Shown here in pieces: positions 11,091 to 23,150 of a stretch of 64,000 nucleotides of DNA. The stretch comes from Glaucostegus cemiculus (taxonomy: Eukaryota). The translations under genes and the position numbers were made by a program. Positions within the stretch are counted from its first letter, which is position 1; each line of letters begins with the position of its first letter. The notes beneath the pieces were generated by a model. The model had not been told where the DNA came from and ran no database searches. It saw nothing but the letters and a program-made list of their open reading frames with translations. Location: positions 1,364,001 through 1,428,000 of the forward strand of contig CDPCPM010000104.1 in assembly GCA_976551045.1 (NCBI GenBank), read 5' to 3'.

Positions 11091-14000
11091 TCACTCACAC
11101 TTCAATTTGTGAAGTAAAATAAACAATGGCCTAGATATATTGATACACACATGGAGGTATAAAGACAGGCACAGATATCTAGCTATTTGTGTAGAAAGTT
11201 ACAGACTTAAAATTGTGAATAAAGTGTAAATCATTACAGCCTCCGATTTAAAGTCACAAGACAGGTTAGCAGACGGGTGGCCTGACTGCTTAAATAATGA
11301 GCAACTTTGACACTTACTGTGTTACGCGGCCAGTTTGCCGATTGTGAAACCATGGCAACAAGCCAGTAGCCAACTGTTGCATTTGATTTAATGAGCACGA
11401 GCACTGCTCAAAACTAGTAAAACAAAATGTCTCTGGGGTGTTATGGTTAGCTGGCATTTGCACAAATGAATGACCAAGCCAATCATATTGTAACATGGCA
11501 ACAAGTCCACATTAGAAATGGCAGCATTTTGATTAGTACCAGCAGTAAGGAGTCCAAAACCAATGTCTTCCAATGGGTGGACAACTCTTTTGCCATGTAA
11601 AATCCAGAGACTAATCTGTGTCAAGGATAGGTCAGGGCTATATAATAATATCAATTGTATGGTTAGTTCCCAGAATTCTTACTTTCCATGACATAAATAC
11701 TGAAAATAATCTGGGAACAGGGAAGTGGTAAACTGCACAAGACAGTGCTGAGTTTGAGGGTTATGTAATGCTCTAGGATGCTTTGCCTATGGAACAACTC
11801 TTTAATTACAAAGTCTCAGATGGATACATTTGGGATAACAAGATTTTTGCTGTGCTAGGACTTTGCTGTTTTATGAGAGAATGTGATAGTTCAGTACAGG
11901 ACATATCTGTACCAGACATCATGTGACTCAGGACAAGCTTATAGAATGCAGTGAGGAGTGCAGGGGCATTTAAGACAAATGAGATGGGCAAGATTCTGGA
12001 CAAAACACAGAGGCAGATATGAGCACTGCCTTGAAAATGGAATTTTATACATATGTGACAAGAAACTTAAAATTCCTGATAAAAATCTAGCTGAAGGTTT
12101 TAGAACATAGAACTGAACAACTCTGCGTGAGCTTCGTATCACTTAACTGATAGAGAGAGCACAATTTGGTTCCTTGATGTGAATACACATATGCTAATAC
12201 TGCAGACAGTACAAGAGCTCAGACTAGAAAGTTATGTGTGTGCATACACATTTTTGTGTGAAGGGCTGCATGTGCATGGGGGTCAAGGAATGGGGTTGTG
12301 GGAAATGGTGGTCTCTGTGGGAAGGGGTAGGAGGCAATGGAATTACAGTGAAAAGTAGTATCCCTGTAGAACTTCAGAACCATTATTTGAACATGGTTTA
12401 GTCGGTAGTCCCACCAAGATCAGATTGTGTGTACTTTACAGCATTTAATTGTCCATGTTTGTGTTGGCCACATAGGCATAGACAGGCTGGCACACTGCTC
12501 ATATGTGATCAAAGCTATAGAAAGACTTTTGAAGTCCGATGTAAGGACTTCCTTATATTCCAATAAGGAAGTCCTATATTGCGTGGAGGTGCTATATCCA
12601 CACAATGTGCCAACAGGAACAAGTGTAGATATTAACATATATCAAAAGTGAAATATGGATACACCAAAATATAATACAAAATTAATTGAATGAAATAAAG
12701 TATGTGCATAAAATGGGCAGTAAATTACACCAGTAAACTACAGTACAAAATAGACAACACAATGTAAAGTATACATGCATGAGCAAACACAAAGATACAC
12801 ATACTAAATAGACAAAACCATAGAGCACATCATGATCAATACAGTCACAAACAATTTGCACACCAAAGCACGTGCAACAACACCAAGACATCTATTCACT
12901 ATGGAAATAATTTTAACCAAACTTGTATGGCAGATAACCAACAGATCAAAAATTCAGGTGGAATGTAAAAAAGGTTATGTGACCAATTCTACTAGTTTCT
13001 TGATAAACAAGTTAGGTTAAAACTATCTCCAATGTTGTCCAGGCCTGGTCTAAATATTCTAACATTGGGAAAAAAGATGGGGAACTGAAGTATCTAGTTT
13101 TAAAGGGAAATGCCTTTTAATGTGTATACTCAATGGTCAAAATTAAAATCAGCAGTTGTTGATCAACTGAAGTGAACAAGAGTCTGTACAGAGTTTCAAA
13201 GTTACTTATTTCTACTCTAGAATCAGTTTTCCAATATTATTGTGTAGTAAATGTATATTTACAGGAATTTAAATGATGTTCATCCTTTTCATAACCACAC
13301 TTGGTATAAGAATAATGCTCCTTCATAGGGAGATCTGCCGATTTCATTTTCAGTTTGCCTTATATTGAATGAAACTAAAATGAGGCACATTACCCCAAGC
13401 TAGGTTTTTCACTAGAAATCTAATCTCGATGCTTAACCAGGCCTTTGGCTTTATGCCTAGATTCCAATAATAGAAATCATGTGCAGCCCACTTACTCAGT
13501 ATGATATAGTTGTGTATGATTATTGAGCATATTACATGTTTGAATTGGCCTTTGCATAAAAACTGTTTACTAAAGAAGTAGCCCTACAGAGTAGATAACT
13601 TCTCACATGCAGCTTTTTGCTAATTAAACATGGGTGAAAATTATTAAATGGAATTACAGAAGCAATTGTTAAAAATCTGCCTTTACTACCCTGCTAGCTA
13701 CAGTGTGTATCTTAAGCAGCATAATGTGCAGATAACTTGAACACAGGGATAACAATCACAGCCCTGCATGTATCATACAAAGCACGTATGTTGTTTGTGA
13801 TCTGCTTGCAATAGAAAGTGGCCAGGTTTTCAGCATTAGTCCCAGCCAGGTAAACTCAAAATTACTTCATCACAGAATCAATCCTCAACTCAGCCTTAAG
13901 AGTTCAGGCTCAATGCCCAACTAATTGCAAAATAACTTTGGTGCTGCAGGATTTTCTTTTTAGCTGCTCTACCTGAACGTCAGTGACACAAAACACTGCA

Positions 14001-14726
14001 AAGAGACAGCTAAGTAAAATCTGAATGATCAGTCCAAATTGTGCTCTCCAAACTAGGCACCAGAGAGATTATATCTGGCATTGATGACATAAGAAGAGTT
14101 TGAGAACTATGAAAATGTTGTGCTCAGCTTTTGCAATGAAATGTTTTGCTTGGATTCAGGATTCCATACAATGGGAGTGTATGGGATGTGGTTTGCTCCG
14201 CTGGAATTTTATGCTTGGATATGATTATCCTTGGATCAGGTCTAGGTTTATCTTAAGTCAGCTAGATCCTAAAAACAGCCTGGGCTTTTGCTTTTAGTGG
14301 CTGTGAGGAGAGGTTCCCAACATTGTTCCTCTGAATAATCAGTGTTTATAATTACCATATCATGAGATGGGAAAAGGGCTGTGGGATTATCATGCGTTCA
14401 TTATTATTTGATGAATTGCATATTGTTTGATCATGACATCCTTAATCGGAGTGCTTTTCCTAGAGGGAGAGACAATGTAACAATTGTCATAAAACTGTCA
14501 CCAAGCCAAACAATTGCTTCCCAAAGGAAGGAGACAGAAATGTGAAAGGGTTGATTCAGACCAGGTGGCAATGGAGACACCAAGACCAAAGAAGGCATTT
14601 TGAAACCTATAGAAAATTGTTTCTTAAAAAACATGAGAAGTGATGGAAGTCTCTATTGTAAGCAAGACTATGTCACATCACAATAGTGATTAATGCGACT
14701 AGTGGTCAGTGTGGTCGCCAGTTAGT

Positions 14727-14845
14727 GGGACATTTCAATGATTACAGTCTCCAGCCAGCAGAACAATGCAGTGACTGCAGATTCCGGTCAATAGAACAAT
14801 TCAGTGACTGCAAGTTCGGGGATGTGAAACAATTAGCGACAGGGA
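14727..14845. repeat. Degenerate 33-bp minisatellite, about 3.5 copies
   Basis: Units start at 14727, 14760, 14793 and 14826; consensus about agaacaattcagtgactgcagattccggtcaat. Confidence 0.75.
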
Positions 14846-15164
14846 AGTTACTACTTCCAACTACCATCTCAGGTTAGAATATAGAATGGGTTCCAATTAT
14901 ATCACTGACTCTAATCCTCATAGTTAAGAAAGACCCTGTGAGCATAGGATGCGTATCCTTGCTGCCTGTTACTGGAAGGTGCCATTAGTCAGACTGGGAA
15001 TGGAGAAAAGGTTTAACTGACCCCCGCTTCCCCACCACCACCTCCATGTTCAACCTAGTTAGGTTGGGGTAGAGGATATTTAAAAATTGAATCTCTGGCA
15101 CTAGGGAATCCTATATTTTTCACTTTAAAATTAGCGATATTGTAAAATGGAAAATATCAGGTCA

Positions 15165-15490
15165 TAGAATCATAGAACAGCACAATACAGGCCCTTCAGC
15201 CCACAACATTGTGCTGACATTTAAACCATGCCTAACACTATCTAACCCCTTCCTCTCACATATCCCTCTATTTTAAATTACTCCATATGCTTACCTAGCA
15301 GTCTATTGAATTTGACCAATGTGCCTACCTCCACCACTGCCCCAGCAGCACATTCCATGACCCAACCACTCTTTGGGTAAAAAACCTGCCTCTGATATCT
15401 CCCTTGAACTTCCCACCCATTACTTTAAAGCCATGGCCTCTTGTATTGAGCACTGGTGCCCTGGGAAAGAGGCACTGGCTGTCTACTCGA
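15165..15490 (-). mobile_element. CR1-type LINE 3' fragment
   Basis: tagaatcatagaacagcac...ggcccttcagcccac tail plus antisense RT C-terminus (cattccatgacccaaccactctttgggtaaaaaac). Confidence 0.8.
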
Positions 15491-15739
15491 TTGGCCATCT
15501 CTTGGGCATTTCTTCCATGTATACCTCTCTATTGACTTCATAGTTACTAACAATGAACATTGGAACTAAATTAACATGACGACCATTGTATGTCAGCATG
15601 TATCACTGAAGAGACATATCAGTGCAATACAGCAATACAAAAACTACCATTAAATAAAAGCTAAAATTATTGATTTGTAAGCCGGGAGAAAGTAGAAAAT
15701 GATACCATATTTGCCATGGTGATGTACAGTAGATGATTA

Positions 15740-16110
15740 CCTCCCCCACACTTGCTTATCACTATCTCTTACCAATCACCACCCTGAGCCCACCCCACCT
15801 CGCCTCTTTTGTCCACCTTTCACTGCTCTGTTTTTCCCTTCTTTATATTGGGCTTCCCCTTTTCCTATCTTCAGTCCTGTAGAAGGGTCCTGACCAGAAA
15901 CGTTGACTGCCTGCTTTTCTCCACGGATGCTGTCTGGCCTGCTGAGTTCCTCCAGTATCATCGTATTTTTCATCTAGATTCCATCATCTGCAGTCCTTTG
16001 TTTCTCTGAATGATCACCTGAATTTTGGATTCCAATCTTGTTTTCATTTTCTCTCCACAGTTGCTGCCTGACCTGCTGAGCATTTTCTCGCTTTATTTCT
16101 TGTTTCTATA
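15740..16110 (+). mobile_element. Penelope-like element terminal repeat with partial tandem second copy; contains a hammerhead-like motif
   Basis: Pyrimidine-rich run, then cagtcctgtagaagggtcctgaccagaaacgttgactg, then ccacggatgctgtctggcctgctgagttcctccag. The latter motif recurs at 16050-16085. Confidence 0.7.
15872..15909 (+). ncRNA. Degenerate minimal type I hammerhead ribozyme motif
   Basis: Stem I cagtc/gactg, core CTGTAGA (one mismatch to CUGANGA), stem II ggt-cctg-acc, GAAA, palindromic AACGTT stem III. Confidence 0.6.
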
Positions 16111-17981
16111 ACTGTTACTCAGTAACAACTAGCTCAGAAATATAACAAAGAAAAACTAAACAACAAAAATCATATCTGAATTGAACTTAAAAGAATTTGA
16201 AAGTGATTGCCAGATGCAAACAGAAAATATCAAGCAATTTTCATGGAGACTAAAAAAAAGACAGCATTTATCACTTTGTTTGCATTGAATGAAGGTTGCT
16301 AGGCTTCCAGTCAGGACTAAAACTTTTCTTTGATTCTATTTTTCTTTAAAAATGGAGGTGTGAAAGGTAGGTAAAGAGACCAGTGTTTATTCTGGAGTAC
16401 AAAAGGGTCCTATTCTGGCTTTGTCCTACATTCATAATAAAGCTTTTTCTCCTGTATCAGGGAGAGATTGCTCCTTTTCAAAAGCAAGACATAGGTGACT
16501 AAAATCAGATTGAAAGCTAACGTCCAATCTGAGTCTCACACAAAGTGCCATCGCTTGCTTTTATCACCTCACAGCTGCAAAGGAATAATACAGCTCTACA
16601 CTACCCCAAGATAACTATCAAATATTTCCAAGCCTTATCTGAAGACCTCCTACTTGCAGCTGTCTGTGTGTATAAGTGCATACAAGAGGCTTACTCCTGG
16701 CCTTCATCCAGCAGGACACTTGGTAACATAAATCTATGCTAGGCTCAACCTTACCAAGAGTCCTCACAAGCAGCCGCACCCCTCTACTTTAAGACACGAA
16801 TGCTTGGTGTTGAATTTAACAGGCAAGCTCATGTAATTATAATTAAAGGCTAACAATCACCACTGATCGAGTGTCTCTGTTTCGGTCTTGATACTGAAAG
16901 ACTGTCCTCACACAAAGGAGCCGTTCAGTGGGTGACGAGTGGTGCTCATTCATTACTTTGCCATTTCTTTGCCCCAAATGGAAGAGGCAGAGAAAAAGAA
17001 CTGCCAGGGGCACTTGAGTCAGTTCCTCAGCAGCCGGGCACTTCAGAAAACTCCCTCCAGTCAAAAACGACTAGTGTTCACTCTGCTATAGTCAACTATT
17101 AAATATTCCATTGCTGGCTTTCTTTCAGCATTCCTTCTGTATCTCTTGGCATCAGACATTATAATTACTCTGCAACTCTCACATATAGTTCATTATTCTG
17201 CCCGAGTTCATGTTTCCCACAGTGTTTACAGCTGTGGTATCACCTGTACATCTAAAATAAAGAGACACAATTCTAGATCCCTCTCCTCACAGATTTATAA
17301 TTCCCCTACAACTGTGATCTCCCACACAAGAAATACAACAAGGAAATAAACTTTTAAGAACAGATGGCAGTTGGTGAAGTGGGAGGGGGAGGCAGAGGGT
17401 TAACCATTATAAAAATCAGTGCAATTTGCCCATTCAGTCACACAAGCCCAAAATCAACAAGGGGCCATTCATATTTTAGTAACTCACCCTTCAGGCACCT
17501 ATTTTGTGATTTGGATCAGGCCTATGGACCTGTTCGGTAACGCGAATTAGATGAGATTTTCATCTGAACTGCTTTGACATCTTATATGATCATTGTACCG
17601 CAAAACTATTTTACAAATGAGCTGTCAAGTTTCCTAATCCTCCCCACAAAGTTCACTGTTAGGGACACTTCCTCTTAGCACTGCACCCTGAAATAAAGGG
17701 TTGCAGATCACAAACTGTAGCCTTCAGGATGTTTCCTTAATACTATCGTACAGTGGTTGTAGGGGAGTTAAAGTGACAATTTTCCATTCTGGAATGCCCG
17801 ATATTGATTAGCTCTCAATTACTCAAATTTTGCTTCCATAAATATTTGAAATAAGCATTGACACTGAACAGAGACTCAATTAAATAAAAAGGAAATGTGT
17901 CCAAGGGCTCATGGAGATATATTCCAGACATAGACCTGTGATCATGACACTGTCTGTAGTCTTAAATAATATATCCAAAAA

Positions 17982-18210
17982 GATATGCCCTCTTCTCATT
18001 ACTACTACTGGGGAGGAGGTACAGGAGCCTGAAGACCCAGAAACGGCTTCTTCCCTTCCACCATGAACCTATGAACTATTCAGTTATTCATTTGTTGTCA
18101 CTATTTATTTACTTTGTAATTTATAGTAATTTTCTGTCTTTGCATTGGTACTGCCGCAAAAGAACTAATTTCACATCATCTAAGTCAGTGATAATAAATC
18201 TGATTCTGAT
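17982..18210 (+). mobile_element. Rex1/Babar-type LINE 3' fragment
   Basis: ALFSLLLLGRRYRSLKT-type RT terminus plus the (TTCTGA) tail shared with 61140-61412. Confidence 0.8.
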
Positions 18211-21200
18211 ATCAGCTAATTTTCTTCTGTGCTATGAACTGTTCGCTTTCCAAATATACTTGTCTAACTTTATAAAAGAATGAAAATATTGTTAAAATTA
18301 CAACAACAAATACCTTTCTTTCAGCGCCCTGCCGTGGGTTGATTCTATGCTCTGAGCCCATTCATAACACCACTATTATACTGAGGCCAATCAGAATTTG
18401 GCATTAACTAGGCAATCATTCCTTTCACAATTTTAAGCATTGAGCATCACAACTGAAATCTGCTTTTAAATTAACTAGTTATCAATTAATGTGATGTGGA
18501 CTTCACAAATGATAATGCTGTTTGTAATTTTTAAAAAGCAAGAATAATAATTTGAGAGCACAAATTGTTCAATAAGGTTGGCTTCATTAGTTTGCAGAAT
18601 CTTTGTTTTTGCCACCAACGTTCAGGTTCCCATTCAAGTAACACACCATCCTGAATTGGAAATGTATCTCAAGTCCTTCATCATTGCTGAGTCTAAATTT
18701 GAACCTCGCTACCATCAAGTGGAGTTTTAAAGTAGGCAAAATCTGGCTGGGTTGAATGGTTGCTTCCGTGTCTTTCTCCAGTGTAATTCTATGATTATGT
18801 GATTCTATCTATTATCAACAAACTAATCCTGCACTTGCTGACAATGGAATCCAGAGAATAAAACAGACTACGTCAACTCGCGCATGTGAACTATAGTATC
18901 ATTACTTAAAAAAACAGATTTAAATGTAAAAAGTCAAAACTTAATTTCTGTGTGTAGCTTGCATAATCCTCAAAGGCTGCTTTACGAATCTTATCATGCT
19001 GATGCTTCCGGTGTTTATTTTTAATTACTGTAGATGTCCCAATAATCAATAATGTACAAAGCTGCGTACTTGAACACAGAATTAAAATGGTCTAGCAACT
19101 GCCGATCAAGATAATTAACAGTACTAGATTACTTTCATTTCCCTGCTCCAGTGTCCAGTGTGTACATTATTAATCACTGATAACAAGGATGTTATTTATT
19201 AAGTTCTGTTATTTTTACTATGGAATGCAATAGTGATGAAAATTGTACAGATTTGACTGTGTATCACTGCAAATGTCAATACTGCCCAGCAATGCAGGCT
19301 GATGTAGTGTCTCCTAAACCACATTATCTGCTGGGACTGAAGTCACAGAAGGCACAGCAGTTAGCTAACAGTAACCGTGCTGGTTAACAACATCTCCTCT
19401 TCTGGCAGTGTGGCATTTCTGCAAGTGCGTGGCTTGTCATGCCAGTGGGAAGATCAAATATTTTAAACATCAGTGAGTGTGAATAAGAAATGCAAAAAGT
19501 AATTAAAGGAGTGAGGATACAGAGAGAAATGAGAGGTTTATTTTATTTGCAACAAAATTTAGGTGATCTAACAGTAAACTCTAATATCATGGAAAGGTTT
19601 GGTGTAGTAAATCTACCAATCAAAGGTTATAAATTTAATATCACCATTGAAAGACTGAAGGAACATGCTATGCTTTTGTAAGTATACATTGGGCTGTTAG
19701 AACATAGTTACCTAGAAATTGGATTAGGAAAAAAAGACATTTATATCTGTTTTTTTACATATAAATCATGCATTAAAATCATTTTATATATGATTTTAGT
19801 GCCCATTTCTGGTGCAAGTCCTGTCTATTGGGACAGTAGATCAGGAACCTCCAGTCATGAATCACCCATTGAAGGGTGCCAGTTCTCCACCATATATTAT
19901 ACACATTCTTGACCCACGTACAGAAACTGGATCAAAAGTTCGTGATCTCTGACCTTTGTGGTTCACTCACAGTAAATTTTGGAATAAATCACACACAAAC
20001 AAAAATCAGTGGGACCTGGTTTTTACTTTCACTGACTCACCTACGTTGACAGTATATGCTGCAATCTGTAGCCCCAATGATCACTGTGACTGAATCGCAG
20101 CACTGGGTGCACCAGACTGTGTGGTATCCCTATTACCCCAGACTATGCTGTTTATCTCTTTCCCGCCTCAATCTCTCTCTCCAACCCTCTCCATTTTCCA
20201 CCCTTCTTTCACTGTACTGATCCCATTTTCCCTTATCACCATGGCAATCTGTGTGAGTGCTCTTTTTACAGTACTTGTCCACTTCCCAGTAGGTAGTAGC
20301 AAATAAGAAGCTAGCTGTGAGGTCAGGCAGCCGCTGCCATTACTGAACACTCAACTTGGCTTCAAGTGCTTTTAAATGCCAAAAAGAAAACAATTTCTTA
20401 AAGTGAGGATATCAAGACTTCACTTTTTGTGGTGTTAGTAATAACATTTATTGCACCAAAAATGGATTATATCGAACTTCGGACAGCAATGGCAGAAGCA
20501 AAATTCACAATGGCTTTTAAAAAGGATGAATGTTTGAGAAAGTAGAATTTAAAATAGATGTGGTTAAAGGATAACCTGAATGGGACTAAGACGATGGCTC
20601 AGATTATCAATGCAAGTAGAGTAACTGAGTGGTTGTCTCCTCTGCTATAAAATTAGATGCTTTAGGATGCATTGTGATTACATCACTGAACCAATGTAAC
20701 AAAGCCAATAAAAATTCAACATTTTTAGTTAAATAAACTAAGCAAACTATAAGTCATGTGAAAGAAAGCTCTTTGTAACCAATCAGTGAACTGACAAGAC
20801 TTGTGAAGATCATTTCTGGTGTGAACATTCTTCCAGAAATTCAACATAAGATACATACTGACAAATGGATTTACTACAACAGCCACCATCTTAGTTTCCC
20901 TGATTACCCAGATCCAAACATTGTAATAAGATCTATTATGTTAATAGACCATCCTTCCAAAGGCATTAGAGACATATAGATGTACTTTGTAGATCAGCCT
21001 TCTTAACATTAATGGTCATAAGTGCTGAGACATTATCTGGTTCAGTGTTACAATCTTTGTTTTGTGTCATGCAATTCATGTAGCAATGTGACAGAGCTGC
21101 CTAAGAATTTTCAACTTCCCTCCGCCCCTCCACCATGACAAACTGTATTGTAAAATAAAATCGTCCTGTGCTGGTGCTGTGAGGTGCCACCCACTATTAT

Positions 21201-21649
21201 AAACATTGTGGTCAGACTATCCCAGCATAACTAATGAATCATCTTCATAGCTGAGTTTTTGCTCATTTAATTTAACTAACTGTTCAGGTGCTAAGGTGAC
21301 AGCCAATTACAGTATTACTTGAAGAGTTATGAAAAGTTCCGTGGCTTCAAATTTGAAAGGCAAATTACACCTCACTAATGGTGTCCTGAAACAACTCTGG
21401 GGTGTGAAGGCAAGGATGTTACTTACACAACATTTAATTAAAACATTCTGAGAAGGTAATGAGTTTATTTTGTATCATTGTGCTTATATTCAGAAGAATG
21501 AGGCTTATCAGGCTTATTTTCTGAGTATGTCTTGGCGATTAAATTTTCACACATAGTACTCTTCATGCAAAGACATATCAGAACATTTGTTAAAAGGAAG
21601 AGACCTAGATACAGCAAAGAAATAGAGGAATTTTGAAGGAGAGTATGAT

Positions 21650-22635
21650 TGGAAGAGTGATTGAAGTGGAGTTTCAGGATCCAGAATTCCTTGAAAGTGG
21701 CATCGCAGGTAGATAGGGACATGAAGAGAGCTTTTGGCACATTGGGCTTCATAAATACAGGAGTTCGGATGTTATGTTGAAGTTGTACAAGCATTGGTGA
21801 GGCTGAATTTAGAGTATTATGTGCAGTTCTGATGATGAGATCTTTATTAGTCACATATACATCAAGACACACAGTGAAATACATCTTTTGCATAGTGATT
21901 TTTTTGGGGGGGGGCAGCCCGCAAGCGTCGCCACGCTTCCGGCACCAACATTGCATGCCCATAACTTCCTAACCTGTACGTCTTTGGAACGTGGGAGGAA
22001 ACCAGAGCACCCAGAAGAAACCCACACAGACATGGGGAGAACGTACAAACTCCCTACAGACAGTGGCCGGATTTGAACCCGGGTCACTGGCGCTGTAAAG
22101 CATTGTGCTAACCACTATGCATCACCTATCTACAGGAAGGATATCAATAAGCTTGAAAGAGTGCAGAGAAAATTTACAAGGATGTTGCCAAGACTTGAGG
22201 ACCTTAGTTAGAGGCAAACGTTGCACAGGTCAGGACTTTATTCGCTGGAATGCAGGAGAATGAGGGGAGATCTTATAGAGGTATACAAAATTATAAGGGG
22301 TATAGATAGGGTTTTTGCCCCTCCGGTTGGGTGAGACTAGAACTAGAGGTCATAGGTTTAGGGTGAAAAGTGAAATATTTAAGGGGTATCTGAGGAGCAA
22401 CTTCTTCACTCAGAGGGTGGTGCGAGTGTGGAACAAGCTGCCAGAGGAAGTGGGAGATGCCGGTTCAATTGTAACATTTAAGAGAATTTTGGATGGATGC
22501 ATGGATGGGAGGGCTTTGGAGGGATATTTTCTGAGTGCAGATAGATGGGACAAGGCAGAAGATCAGGTTGGAATGTACTAGATGGACCGAAGAGCCTGTT
22601 TCTGTGCTGTAGTGCTCTATGACTCTACGATTCTA
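21650..22635 (+). mobile_element. 5'-truncated CR1-type LINE (RT C-terminus and 3'UTR) interrupted by a SINE
   Basis: VMLKLYK..LVRLNLEYYVQF before the SINE; SPIYRKDINKLERVQRKFTRML...RRMRGDLIEVYKIIRGIDR and NFFTQRVVRVWNKLP after it; tail ctctatgactcta. Contains stops and frameshifts. Confidence 0.9.
21832..22120 (-). mobile_element. V-SINE with Rex1-like tail nested in CR1
   Basis: B box GGTTCAAATCC (22079-22069), V-domain core, and tail tgactaataaagatctcatcat. Confidence 0.85.
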
Positions 22636-23009
22636 AGGCAGAAGAATAAGCAAGCAATCATTCATAAATTCAAATGGACCAGTTGTTCAAATTCACACTT
22701 GGGACTAATTGGAAAATCAAGGTTATACGATAGTGTTTAGTCCAGGTAAGTGGCAGGGGAAACTGGAGATGTATTGGATTTGTTCACTATTTTTTGCTAA
22801 ATAGCTGGTGCATATGTTTGTGACTCATCTGGGACTTGATCAGTCAGACAGTTGGGCAATATAACAACAGGTCTAAGGTCAAAAGTAGTTACAGGTGGAA
22901 ACAGCTGAGTCTTCCAAAGTATGACCCACCATCATTGTTCCAGCCAATACAATAATCATATTCATTTTACCATCCAAGAGCTTGGCCAAATAACCTTTAC
23001 TCACCCACT

Positions 23010-23150
23010 AACTTCCCCCTCTCACCTGGACTCGCTTGTCATCTGAACTCACCTATCTCCTGACTGCGTGTGCTCCTCTCCCTCCCCCCACCTTCTTATT
23101 CTGGCTTCTGCCCTTTTCTTTTCCAGTCCTGATGAACCCTGAAGAGACTG
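23010..23150 (+). mobile_element. Penelope-like terminal repeat fragment with truncated hammerhead core
   Basis: ccttcttattctggcttctgccc...cagtcCTGATGAa, homologous to 15835-15885. Confidence 0.6.

Noticed and set aside
21465-21962. Longest ORF (165 aa) as a novel gene
   Set aside because: It is a minus-strand read-through of SINE sequence and antisense CR1.
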